A program made the position numbers and the translations under genes. A stretch of 63,973 nucleotides of DNA, the filler included. It is 6 parts of 6 records of this genome, joined end to end, with 100 filler letters (N's around TTAATTAATTAA, not from the genome) between each part and the next. Parts side by side here need not be neighbours in the genome. Positions count along the whole stretch, not along the records: positions 32,985 to 41,714 come from SRR20825006_1754; positions 41,815 to 51,447 come from SRR20825006_1759; 4 more parts are not named here. The stretch is one strand, 5' to 3'. The stretch's first letter is position 1; each line of letters starts with the position of its first letter. The notes under the pieces are model-generated. The model did no database searches and was not told the DNA's origin. It was given only the letters and a program-made list of their open reading frames with translations. Positions 40,881 through 50,121 of the stretch are shown in pieces.

Positions 40881-41234
40881 TCACGCAGCCCGTTTGTATC
40901 GCTTCCGTCGCTTGACCGATGTCAGGTCGATGCCATCGAGCAGCATCGCCAGTTCACCTTGCGAGATGATGACGCTCGACTGCAGTGCTTTGGCTTGTGG
41001 GATTTGAAACGTGCCTGCTTCGAGTCGCTTGTACCAAAGTGCGTATCCGTCGCCGTCCCAAACCAACAGCTTGATGCGGTCACGCCGACGATTGGCAAAC
41101 AGGAAGAGGGCTCCCGAAAGCGGATCTTGGCCTAACGAGTCGGTGACCAGTCCGCAGAGCCCATCGAAGCTCTTCCGCATATCAGTCGGCTCACTGCAAA
41201 CGAAGATCCGAGTGTTTGCGGCAATACTCAGCAT
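40881..41234 (-). CDS. tnpB: IS66 accessory protein TnpB
   Basis: TDMRKSFDGL, LFLFANRRRDRIKLLVWDGDG, KRLE.G.F. Confidence 0.95.
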   Translation of the reverse strand: MLSIAANTRIFVCSEPTDMRKSFDGLCGLVTDSLGQDPLSGALFLFANRRRDRIKLLVWDGDGYALWYKRLEAGTFQIPQAKALQSSVIISQGELAMLLDGIDLTSVKRRKRYKRAA

Positions 41235-41556
41235 GACGCCTGTTCCAGGCATCGCAGCACGGTTTGAAGGTTGTCCGCATCTACAACGCCGGTCAACCGA
41301 AGACGCTCGCCACCGGACAGTTCGATCTCAATGGAACTTGATTCAGCTGCACGCTCGACAACGAGCTCGGTGAACTTCGGCTGGCCCTGGGCCCCAATCC
41401 TCTTCCGCCAAGCGTAGAAAGTTGGCACGGAGCAACCCTCGACTTCGCAGAACTCCGCCACCGTCAAGCCTGACCGCTCGAACCGATCAAAAGCCTCTTC
41501 CCAAAAATCACGCCCAAAAATCACGCCCAAAACTCGCGGCCAAAACTCGCGGCCAT
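41228..41556 (-). pseudogene. tnpA: IS66 accessory TnpA, 5' end frameshifted by tandem 13-bp duplications
   Basis: SGLTVAEFC..EG....TFYAWRKR HTH. ATG at 41556 is out of frame unless 26 bp of duplicated sequence are removed. Confidence 0.7.
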
Positions 41557-41714
41557 CGAATCACCTTGCTGAAGCGAAACAAAATCAATCCACCCAAGCT
41601 AAACCACCACGCAAGATGCACTTCACCGAACGGTTACTTCTAGGAAACCTTCATAACGCGCGCATCAGGAGTTGGTGAGCACTCCGCATATCCACAGTGC
41701 GTGGCCGACCGCCC

Positions 41715-41814
41715 NNNNNNNNNNNNNNNNNNNNNNNNNNNNNNNNNNNNNNNNNNNNTTAATTAATTAANNNNNNNNNNNNNNNNNNNNNNNNNNNNNN
41801 NNNNNNNNNNNNNN
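41715..41814. other. Artificial contig linker
   Basis: N44-TTAATTAATTAA-N44. Confidence 0.98.
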
Positions 41815-41815
41815 G

Positions 41816-41935
41816 ATGCTGAAATACGGCATCCCCGATTTGCGGGCGTTTTTTGACTCAGACCTGCGCTGGTTGCGTCACTATGGGTTCAGTCCGCTGG
41901 GGGTTCCGACGCTGGCTGGGGGGATTCACGGGTGA
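41816..41935 (+). CDS. pheS: Phenylalanine-tRNA ligase alpha subunit, 3' end
   Basis: Manual translation [25 protein letters not shown]...* matches the alphaproteobacterial PheS C-terminus. Confidence 0.93.
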   Translation: MLKYGIPDLRAFFDSDLRWLRHYGFSPLGVPTLAGGIHG

Positions 41936-42489
41936 GTGATACTTTCAACTATGTTGGCGTGAAGTTTGGCATGGCAGGCGAATACCCCCAATTTCTGGCT
42001 GCTGAGCTTGAAAAAGTGCGCGCGCAAGGACAGAAAATGTGCTTGGCAGTTGTCGCAGTGCTTTCTGGAGCTGCGACAGTTGTTAGCTGGCTTATTTCAC
42101 TAGAAAAACCAGCTAGGGCTGGCATCATTTCAATGGTTTCAGAGGCGTCAATTGGGACACTGCCATTGTTGTTGTGGGTGTTGCTTAGCCTTGTTGCAGG
42201 TTTTTGTTGTCTATTTTACTTGGTCTTTGCTTTGCTACTCGCCTTTTCCGCGAACCCTATATTCGCACCAATTGAGAAGCGTGGGTGCTTTCCTCCTCGT
42301 TGGCTCCGCAAACTGGATGAAGCAAAATTCTCAGAATCTTCTCCGGACACATGGAAGACAAACTTGGAAAACATTCTGCAAAAAAGACTGGCTCTTCGAG
42401 ATGCCGCGGACTTTATAGCGTACATGCTGTTAGGGACGTGTGGTGCCTTGGCGATTTTCGTCATTCTACAGGCGTGGAAGTGGGTATAA
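41932..42489 (+). CDS. Hypothetical 3-TM membrane protein, lower GC than flanks
   Basis: GTGA overlap with the pheS stop; three hydrophobic stretches. Confidence 0.6.
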   Translation: MSDTFNYVGVKFGMAGEYPQFLAAELEKVRAQGQKMCLAVVAVLSGAATVVSWLISLEKPARAGIISMVSEASIGTLPLLLWVLLSLVAGFCCLFYLVFALLLAFSANPIFAPIEKRGCFPPRWLRKLDEAKFSESSPDTWKTNLENILQKRLALRDAADFIAYMLLGTCGALAIFVILQAWKWV

Positions 42490-42498
42490 GAGGCTAAG

Positions 42499-42612
42499 AT
42501 GAGATTCACACTCTCCGGGCTCAAAGAGCATCTGGATACCGCCGCGAGCCTCGACAGTATCCTTAACACGCTGGCCATCCGAGCTTCTAAGGCGAAAGAC
42601 CCGAAAAAATGA
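42499..42612 (+). pseudogene. Duplicated pheT 5' fragment (37-aa mini-ORF)
   Basis: MRFTLSGLKEHLDTAASLDSIL vs PheT MKFTLSWLKEHLETDASLDDIL. Shares GGCTCAAAGAGCATCTGGA with the pheT 5' end. Confidence 0.85.
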
Positions 42613-43040
42613 CCGACCATAACGACAACATGGAAGACCTCCAAGTCACCTATCCGGGGGCGGGGACGTTTAAATTGGCCGACACGAAAGGCCGGGTTGA
42701 GCATCTCAACAGGTTGGTCGCGGCCAAACAAAAAACCGCCACTTGCCTGCCGTGGTCGGAGTTTGAGAACGACCAAGGTGCCCTGCCGCAAAAGGGCCGG
42801 TGCGACATCATCGCCAACTGGGACGGCAGCCCCGCCATGGTCGTGCGCACGCTCACCGTTGAAAAGATCAAGTTCCGCCACGTGACGCCTCAACTGGCCC
42901 TGGCCGAGGGCGAGGACAAGGACATCGAGGCCTGGCGTAAACGCACCGCCAAGGCCTTTGGCACGAAAGGCGTGTTGGACCGCGACACGTTATTGGTGTT
43001 TGAAACATTTGAACTGGTCGAGGATTTGAGCGTCCGCTGA
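42609..43040 (+). CDS. ASCH domain protein
   Basis: KTATC, F..VT...A.AEGE.....WR, LVFETF. Confidence 0.85.
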   Translation: MTDHNDNMEDLQVTYPGAGTFKLADTKGRVEHLNRLVAAKQKTATCLPWSEFENDQGALPQKGRCDIIANWDGSPAMVVRTLTVEKIKFRHVTPQLALAEGEDKDIEAWRKRTAKAFGTKGVLDRDTLLVFETFELVEDLSVR

Positions 43041-43099
43041 CGCCCCCTCCCATCGCAGGACACGCCCGCCAAAAGACAGCAGGCAAAGGAGATGACGAC

Positions 43100-45493
43100 A
43101 TGAAATTCACCCTCTCTTGGCTCAAAGAGCATCTGGAAACGGACGCCTCCCTTGATGACATCCTCTATGCGCTCACCGATTTGGGGCTTGAGGTCGAAGG
43201 CGTTGAAAACCCCCGCGATGCGTTGAAGGGGTTTAAATTGGTCAAGGTCCAAGAGGCCGAGCCACACCCGGACGCCGACAAGTTGCGCGTGTGCAAGGTC
43301 GAGACCGATGAGGGCATGACCCAGATTGTGTGCGGCGCGCCGAACGCGCGGGCGGGGATCACCGCAGTGCTCGCCAAACCAGGCATGTATATCCCCGGCC
43401 TCGACATCACCATTTCGGTTGGCAAAATTCGCGGCGTCGAAAGCCACGGCATGATGGCCTCGATGCGCGAGCTGAACCTGGGCGAAGATCACGATGGGAT
43501 CATCGAGTTGGAAGGCGGCGAGATCGGCATGGAATTCGCGGATTATCTGGCCCAGACCGATCCGTCGAAAGTCGATCCGGTGATCGAGATTGCGATCACG
43601 CCGAACCGCCCCGACGCGCTTGGCGTGCATGGCATCGCCCGCGATCTGGCCGCACGGGGTCTTGGCACGTTGAAGCCGCTCAAGGTTGAGACCGTCGAGT
43701 CCACATTCGCCAATCCGATCTCGGTTGAGATCACGGAGGCGGCCAAGGATGGCTGTTACCTCTTTGGCGGACGCTATATTCGCGGCGTGAAGAACGGCCC
43801 CTCGCCGATGTGGTTGCAGGACCGTTTGACCGCCATCGGTCTGCGTCCGATTTCCATTCTGGTCGATGTAACCAACTTCTTCACCTATGACCGCAACCGC
43901 CCGCTGCACGTGTTTGACGCGGCAACGGTCAAAGACGGTTTGGTGATTGATCGCGCCAAAGGCGGCGAGGAATTGTTGGCCTTGGATGAGAAGACCTACA
44001 CAATGCCCGAGGGCGCGATGTGTATTTTCTCAGGCGGCAAAGTCGAGAGCATCGGCGGCATCATGGGGGGCGAAGAGACCGGATGTTCCGACGACACCGT
44101 GGATGTGTTTGTCGAAGCCGCGGTGTGGAACACGCTCGACATCGCCAAGGCGGGACGTGCGTTGAAAGTCAATTCGGACGCGCGCTATCGCAACGAACGT
44201 GGCATTGATCCGGCCTACAATATGCAGGCCTTGGATGATGCCACCGCGATGATCCTTGCGCTTTGTGGCGGTGAGGCCTCTGACGTGGTGATGGCCGGTG
44301 CCGTGCCTGATGTGTCTCGCGCTTATCGCCTTGATACCGACCGGGTGCAGAGCCTTGTTGGCATGGACATCGCCCCCGCGCGTCAGGTTGCCATTTTGGA
44401 AAGCCTCGGCTTTGTCATGGATGGCGATATGGCGCAGGTGCCAAGCTGGCGTCCCGACGTATTGGGCGAGGCCGATTTGGTCGAAGAGGTGGCGCGTGTT
44501 GAAAGCCTCACCCACCTTGCGCCGAAGGCCATGACCCGGCCCGCAGGCGTCGCCAAACCGATCCTGACGCCGATGCAGGTCCGCGAAAGTGCCGCGCGCC
44601 ATCAAGCGGCGGCCTTGGGGTATAACGAATGCGTCACCTATTCTTTCGTGGACGAAAAATCTGCCAAACTCTTTGGCGGTGGGACGGATGCAGTGAAATT
44701 GGAAAACCCGATTTCCTCCGAGATGAGCCACATGCGCCCCGATCTTTTGATCGGTCTGTTGCAAGCCGCTGCACGGAATCAGGCGCGTGGCTTTGCCGAT
44801 CTGTCACTGTTTGAATGCGGCCCTGCCTTTCATGGCGGTGAGCCGGGCGAACAGCATTTGCAAGTGGCGGGGCTTTTGGTCGGGGCCTCTGGTCCAAAAG
44901 ACGTCCATGGCGCACGCCGGGTGATGGATCTTTATGATGCGAAAGCCGATGCCGAGGCGGTTTTGGCCGCCATCGGTGCGCCCGCAAAGGCGCAAATCCT
45001 GCGCGACACCTCGCCGTGGTTCCACCCTGGTCGGTCGGGCAAAATCTGCCTCGGTCCGAAAAAGGTCTTGGCGCAGTTTGGTGAATTGCACCCGAAAGTG
45101 CTCAAGGAAATGGGCGTCAAAGGCACGGCAATGGCCTTTACCGTCTATCTGGAAGAGGCACCTTTGCCGCGTGGCAGCAAAGTGGCGCGCTCGGCGTTTT
45201 TCACCAATGACCTGCAAGCGGTCGAACGCGATTTCGCCTTTGTCGTCGATAAATCCGTCAACGCGTTGGATTTGGTCAATGCGGCCGCAGGCGTCGACAA
45301 AGTGCTGATCGAAGAGGTCCGCGTGTTTGACGAATTCATCGGTGGCTCTTTGGGCGAAGACAAAAAATCGCTGGCGATCACTGTGCGCCTTCAGCCTGTG
45401 GATGCGACGTTGAAAGACAAAGATCTCGAAGAGATTTCGGCCAAGATCGTTGCGAAAGTCGAAAAGGCCACCGGCGGCGCGTTGCGCGGCTGA
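43100..45493 (+). CDS. pheT: Phenylalanine-tRNA ligase beta subunit
   Basis: HPDADKL, IVCGAPN, ITPNRPD, RPLHVFD, PSWRPD, FHPGRS, VERDFAF. Confidence 0.98.
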   Translation: MKFTLSWLKEHLETDASLDDILYALTDLGLEVEGVENPRDALKGFKLVKVQEAEPHPDADKLRVCKVETDEGMTQIVCGAPNARAGITAVLAKPGMYIPGLDITISVGKIRGVESHGMMASMRELNLGEDHDGIIELEGGEIGMEFADYLAQTDPSKVDPVIEIAITPNRPDALGVHGIARDLAARGLGTLKPLKVETVESTFANPISVEITEAAKDGCYLFGGRYIRGVKNGPSPMWLQDRLTAIGLRPISILVDVTNFFTYDRNRPLHVFDAATVKDGLVIDRAKGGEELLALDEKTYTMPEGAMCIFSGGKVESIGGIMGGEETGCSDDTVDVFVEAAVWNTLDIAKAGRALKVNSDARYRNERGIDPAYNMQALDDATAMILALCGGEASDVVMAGAVPDVSRAYRLDTDRVQSLVGMDIAPARQVAILESLGFVMDGDMAQVPSWRPDVLGEADLVEEVARVESLTHLAPKAMTRPAGVAKPILTPMQVRESAARHQAAALGYNECVTYSFVDEKSAKLFGGGTDAVKLENPISSEMSHMRPDLLIGLLQAAARNQARGFADLSLFECGPAFHGGEPGEQHLQVAGLLVGASGPKDVHGARRVMDLYDAKADAEAVLAAIGAPAKAQILRDTSPWFHPGRSGKICLGPKKVLAQFGELHPKVLKEMGVKGTAMAFTVYLEEAPLPRGSKVARSAFFTNDLQAVERDFAFVVDKSVNALDLVNAAAGVDKVLIEEVRVFDEFIGGSLGEDKKSLAITVRLQPVDATLKDKDLEEISAKIVAKVEKATGGALRG

Positions 45494-45522
45494 TCGGTCT
45501 TGAAATGTGAGGAAAGCGGCGT

Positions 45523-46968
45523 CTATTCGGCGCCGTTTTTCAATTCGACTATCGCGTAGGGCACGTCGATGGTTTTCACGTCCTCGAACCGATAAGGCAG
45601 GGTGGCGCTGTGTTGTATCACCTTGGCGATCGCGTCTGGTTTGATGCCGTGCTCGGCCAAAACCGCCTCAGACCGCGCGACCATGTCGCCACCGACAAGC
45701 ACCACCGCAACCGTGCCCGGCGCGGGGACGCGGTTGGGCAGCGGGGCGAGGGCTTGCCAGTCTGGGCGGTGATATTTCAGGTTGCCGGCGAAGTAGTAAT
45801 TGCCACTGATCACTGCGACAGGACCCCCGGGCAGGTCTGCGGCAATGGCCTGGGCCAGGACATCCACCCGCATCGAATCTGATCCGGCACCGCGCAGCCT
45901 TGTGTCGGCCATGGCGGCCAAGATCAGGACGGCCAAGGCGGCACAAACGCCCAAAATCGCGCGTTTCGTGCGCGGGCCGAGGCTTTGTGTGACCCAGATC
46001 ATCAGACCGATGGAAAGTGGCACCAACATCGGCAACAGCCAACGCGGTTGAACATCGGTGACGCCAAATCCAACAACGGCTACTGCGCCCAATCCCAACC
46101 CGATCATCCCGGCCCGCATCAACCAAAGCGCCATAGGCATCGCGGGACCAAAGCGCAGAGCGGCGCGGCCTTGCGCCAAACGCGCGCCAATGAGGACCAT
46201 AAGCAACAATGCCAGCGCCGCGAGCGTTTGAACGCCGTATTCGACCAGCCCCGCAAGCCATGTGGGCAGGGTCTCATATTTCGGCGGATAGTAGAATTTA
46301 TAGGCCGAGGCCATGGTTTGATCCGAATGCAGGACCATCCACGCCATCGGTGCGATGAGGATCAGGGCTGCGACAAGCCCCGATTGCCAAAGGGTGCGCC
46401 ACATTAGTCGAGCCCTGATCTCTGGCACAGTGAGGGCAGATAGGAACAGCGTCAGAGGGAAGAGCCAAAAGTTAAACTTGGCGAGCCCGCCTAAGCCTAG
46501 AGCCAGACCAAGCGCGATAGGGTGCCACGGCTTTGGCACCTCTGTCTGACGTGCCATCACCCAAAAAGTTGCGGCCATCGTGGCCAGCATGGCGATGCTA
46601 TGCGATCCGGCGCGCTGCCCTTCCCAAGACACATTGGGCAAAAGCAACAGCGCAAGCGTGCCAAGCACCGCCGTTTGACACGGGAGAACCCGCCGCAAAC
46701 CATCAAAAAACAGCGCATAGGTGATAAAGAGCAAGAGGTTTTTGGCCGCGGCGACGGCGAACGTATTGGCCCCAAACAGCGCAAACGCACCGGCTTGAAT
46801 CCAATTATAAAGCGGCGCTTGTGGCCCGTAACCCAAGTGGACCTCTTGCGCCATGACGAACATTTCGGCCTCATCGACCTCGAACGACCCGCCCAGGACC
46901 GTTCGAAGTACAGTGTGGGTCGCGAAATAGGCAGCGATGATCCAAATGAAGAGCCGATCTTGCCGCAT
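45523..46968 (-). CDS. ArnT/PMT-like membrane glycosyltransferase (GT-C)
   Basis: DEAE, GYGPQAPLYNW, GLAKFN; many TM helices. Confidence 0.8.
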   Translation of the reverse strand: MRQDRLFIWIIAAYFATHTVLRTVLGGSFEVDEAEMFVMAQEVHLGYGPQAPLYNWIQAGAFALFGANTFAVAAAKNLLLFITYALFFDGLRRVLPCQTAVLGTLALLLLPNVSWEGQRAGSHSIAMLATMAATFWVMARQTEVPKPWHPIALGLALGLGGLAKFNFWLFPLTLFLSALTVPEIRARLMWRTLWQSGLVAALILIAPMAWMVLHSDQTMASAYKFYYPPKYETLPTWLAGLVEYGVQTLAALALLLMVLIGARLAQGRAALRFGPAMPMALWLMRAGMIGLGLGAVAVVGFGVTDVQPRWLLPMLVPLSIGLMIWVTQSLGPRTKRAILGVCAALAVLILAAMADTRLRGAGSDSMRVDVLAQAIAADLPGGPVAVISGNYYFAGNLKYHRPDWQALAPLPNRVPAPGTVAVVLVGGDMVARSEAVLAEHGIKPDAIAKVIQHSATLPYRFEDVKTIDVPYAIVELKNGAE

Positions 46969-47002
46969 GGGTCCTCTGTCTCAGCGCCTGAAGGTGCGCC
47001 GG

Positions 47003-47704
47003 TTACTCCGGCCGCGCCGGGATGTTTTTCGCCCGATCAACCGCAGGACGGGCATAAAAGCGGGCGACATAGGCGGGCACGTTTTTCAAATCGTTATAGC
47101 CTGTCACCTCTTTTGCGCCATAGAAATCAAGCGCATTCAGCCAGGGCGCGATGGCCATATCGGCAATCGAATAGTCTCCCACAATCCAATCACGTCCCTC
47201 AAGTTGGGCGTCCACCACGGCCAAAAGGCGCTTGGCCTCACCGATGTAACGCTCGCGGGCAGTTGGGTCCTCCATCTTGGCGCCTGCGAATTTATAAAAG
47301 AACCCAAGTTGACCAAACATCGGGCCAAGGCCGCCCATTTGGAACATCAGCCATTGGAGCGTCTCATAGCGCGTCTTTGGGTCTTTGGAGAGGAATTTGC
47401 CAGATTTTTCAGCCAGATAAATCAGAATTGCACCGGATTCGAACAATTCGATTTGCGCCCCATTCGGGCCGTTCGGATCAATGATGGCGGGGATTTTGTT
47501 GTTTGGGTTGAGCGCCAAAAATTCGGGACTTTTGACATCCGCATCGGCCAGGGTGACCAAATGCGGCTCATAGGCCAGCCCCATTTCCTCAAGCGCGATG
47601 GAGATTTTGACTCCGTTTGGTGTGGGAAACGAATAGAGCTGAATTTTTTCAGGCTCGGTTGCGGGCCAGCGGGCGGAAATCGGGTGATTGACAGTCTGGG
47701 TCAT
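47003..47704 (-). CDS. Glutathione S-transferase (YfcG-like)
   Basis: TPNG, NPNNKIPAI, FESGAILIYLAEK, QMGGLGPMFGQ, YSIADMA. ATG at 47704. Confidence 0.93.
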   Translation of the reverse strand: MTQTVNHPISARWPATEPEKIQLYSFPTPNGVKISIALEEMGLAYEPHLVTLADADVKSPEFLALNPNNKIPAIIDPNGPNGAQIELFESGAILIYLAEKSGKFLSKDPKTRYETLQWLMFQMGGLGPMFGQLGFFYKFAGAKMEDPTARERYIGEAKRLLAVVDAQLEGRDWIVGDYSIADMAIAPWLNALDFYGAKEVTGYNDLKNVPAYVARFYARPAVDRAKNIPARPE

Positions 47705-47857
47705 CGAGGCTCCTGCGGTGAAGGGCTGGTTAATCTCCCCTAAGGTATTGCTGGAATGCCGAAAGAAAACCATTAAAGGATGTGCGTCAATGTGCTACGC
47801 AATGTGCGTCACTGCGTCGTTTGGACACGGCGGAATTGGTAAGAACGGGGACAGAGA

Positions 47858-48286
47858 ATGTTCAAAGAATTTAAAGATTTCATCGCCAAAGGCAACGTCA
47901 TGGACATGGCGGTTGGTATTATCGTTGGTGCCGCCTTTACTGCGATCGTCAGCTCCATGGTCGCCGACCTGATCAATCCGTTCATCGGGCTGTTCACCGG
48001 CGGTTTGGATTTCACCAACAACTATCTGGTGCTGTCCGGCGAGGTGCCCGCGGGCGCGTCTTTGGACGCGGCCCGCGAAGCGGGTGCGGCGGTGTTTGCC
48101 TATGGGGCATTCCTCATGGCGGTCATCAATTTCCTGATCATCGCCTTCGTGGTGTTCATGTTGGTGCGCTACGTCAACAAACTCAAAGCCGCAGCCTTGC
48201 CTCCGAAAGAGGTTACCCCGGCCGCTCCGGCAGGCCCGTCCGAGCTCGATATTCTGATCGAAATTCGCGATTCTTTGAAAAAGTAA
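47858..48286 (+). CDS. mscL: Large-conductance mechanosensitive channel
   Basis: [24 protein letters not shown]...[10 protein letters not shown]. Confidence 0.97.
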   Translation: MFKEFKDFIAKGNVMDMAVGIIVGAAFTAIVSSMVADLINPFIGLFTGGLDFTNNYLVLSGEVPAGASLDAAREAGAAVFAYGAFLMAVINFLIIAFVVFMLVRYVNKLKAAALPPKEVTPAAPAGPSELDILIEIRDSLKK

Positions 48287-48320
48287 CAACCCGAGTGCTC
48301 GCAAGGCATGGAAGACATCA

Positions 48321-48354
48321 AAAAGGCCCGTTGGATCGCACCAACGGGCCTTTT
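48321..48354 (+). terminator. Terminator after mscL
   Basis: AAAAGGCCCGTTGG-atcgca-CCAACGGGCCTTTT. Confidence 0.85.
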
Positions 48355-48496
48355 CGCGTGATGCTATAAGGCATCACGTCTCGGGGACACATCTTTCATA
48401 CGCAACAGGCGGCCATATCCGTCGCGGCTTGCCGAAAAAAATAAACTGTGGGAGATTGGGACGAATTATCTGGAAAAACCGGGAGAGGCTGCCGAG

Positions 48497-48955
48497 ATGA
48501 TCAAAATTGACGAAACGGATCAGCGGATTTTACGAATTTTACAGCGCAAGGGACGCATTTCAAACGCCGATCTTGCGCAAGAGGCGAATGTGTCCAGCTC
48601 CGCCTGTCATCGTCGGGTGCAGCGGCTTGAAGCCGAAGGGTTGATCCGCGACTATGTGGCACTTTTGGACCCGCGCCATTTGGATCGTCGCTCCACTGTT
48701 TTTGTCGAGGTCACGCTCACCAGCCAAGCCGACGATATTTTGCACGCTTTTGAAAAGGCGGTGCGCAATGTGCCTGACGTTTTGGAATGTCACCTGATGG
48801 CGGGCAAGGCGGATTACATCCTCAAAGTCGTCGCCGCCGACACCGATCACTTTGCCCAAATTCACCGCCGCCTCGTCGCGCTGCCCGGCGTGCAAACCAT
48901 GCAATCGTCTTTCGCCATGCGCACCGTGTTCAAAACCACGGCATTACCTGTCTAA
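48497..48955 (+). CDS. Lrp/AsnC transcriptional regulator
   Basis: IDETDQRILRILQ..GRISNADLA...SSSACHRRVQRLE; ECHLMAG. Confidence 0.95.
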   Translation: MIKIDETDQRILRILQRKGRISNADLAQEANVSSSACHRRVQRLEAEGLIRDYVALLDPRHLDRRSTVFVEVTLTSQADDILHAFEKAVRNVPDVLECHLMAGKADYILKVVAADTDHFAQIHRRLVALPGVQTMQSSFAMRTVFKTTALPV

Positions 48956-49027
48956 AGGTCTGGGTTTGGTGATTGACCGACCCTGTGGTAAGTCTACGAC
49001 CTGTCGCATTTGGGAGGAGGCGGCATC

Positions 49028-49987
49028 ATGGCACGCATAAACCACGCAGAACACGTCATTTCTACCGTCGAATCGGGGTCCGTTGGCACGCGTTTGACGG
49101 CCAGTTGGCGGCGGTCTCTGAAAAAGCATGGGCTTGATCCCGAACGCCCGGTGACGCCGCGACGGTTCTCGGAGGCGGAAATCTCGGAGCGTCGCGAGCG
49201 GCTTGGCGGTTTTATGAATCTTGCCTCGCCAAAACTCGACCAACTGTTTCAAATGGTAGGTAACACCGGCTGTTCGGTGATGATGACAGATCGGGACGGG
49301 GTGGTCTTGGATCAGCGCTCCAAAGATGCTGATTCTGACACGTTTCAATCTTGGGGGCTTTGGACCGGGGCCGATTGGTCGGAGGAATCCGAGGGCACCA
49401 ATGGCATCGGCACCTGTATCGCCGAGGCACGTCAGATCACGATCCACCGCGACGAACATTTTCTAAGCCGCAACACGGTGATGTCCTGCATGGATGCGCC
49501 GATTTTTGGCCCCGATGGCGAATTGATTGCCGCCCTTGATGTGTCGTCCTGCCGCGCCGATCAGACCGAAGCCTATGCGCGGTTGATTTCCAATGTTGTG
49601 GCCCAAACCGCCAAGCAAATAGAAACAGATGCCTTCCGCGCCGCGTTCCCGAAAGCCCGGATCATCACCGCCCCTGAAGATCGCCCGGATGGGGCGGTGC
49701 TTTTGGCGGTGGATCATGACGATTTGATCATCGGTGCCACCCGTGCGGCGCGCCGTGCGTTTGGACTGGGGCAGGGGGCGCATATCGTGCCCACACCGGC
49801 GTCGGATATTCTGGGGCGGGATAGCACCGTGTCTGCCTTGGAGCGGGCCGAGCGAGCGGCGTTGAAACGGGCGATTGCGCGGGCGGGTGGCAATGTGTCT
49901 GCGGCGGCGCGTGAACTTGGAATCGGTCGTGCCACGCTCTATCGCCGGATGAAACGGCTCGGGATTGGCGAGAACGGTGAAAACTGA
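49028..49987 (+). CDS. GAF + Fis-HTH regulator (AcoR-like N-terminus, no AAA+ domain)
   Basis: SWRRS, WSEESEGTNGIGTC, EHF, GNVSAAARELGIGRATLYRRM. No Walker A or GAFTGA. Confidence 0.88.
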   Translation: MARINHAEHVISTVESGSVGTRLTASWRRSLKKHGLDPERPVTPRRFSEAEISERRERLGGFMNLASPKLDQLFQMVGNTGCSVMMTDRDGVVLDQRSKDADSDTFQSWGLWTGADWSEESEGTNGIGTCIAEARQITIHRDEHFLSRNTVMSCMDAPIFGPDGELIAALDVSSCRADQTEAYARLISNVVAQTAKQIETDAFRAAFPKARIITAPEDRPDGAVLLAVDHDDLIIGATRAARRAFGLGQGAHIVPTPASDILGRDSTVSALERAERAALKRAIARAGGNVSAAARELGIGRATLYRRMKRLGIGENGEN

Positions 49988-49995
49988 TCCGTACC

Positions 49996-50013
49996 TGTCT
50001 CACCCCTGAGACA
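49996..50013. promoter_or_regulatory. Palindromic operator upstream of aldehyde dehydrogenase
   Basis: TGTCTCA-cccc-TGAGACA perfect inverted repeat. Confidence 0.65.
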
Positions 50014-50121
50014 TTGCCGCGCTGCGGCGTGGGAAACAGGGGGTGACCGCAGCTTAAGGTCGCGTTCACACTCTCTTCATATGTTGGCGTGGGAGACGTC
50101 AACACCCTGAGGAGGAAAACA

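Larger units (their letters stand above)
39243..41637 (-). mobile_element. IS66-family insertion sequence (decayed)
   Basis: Terminal IRs GTAACTGTTCGGTGAAGCG and GTAACCGTTCGGTGAAGTG; tnpA-tnpB-tnpC order. Confidence 0.95.

Noticed and set aside
42890-45381. Long antisense ORFs over pheT
   Set aside because: Shadow ORFs from high-GC codon bias opposite a well-supported gene.
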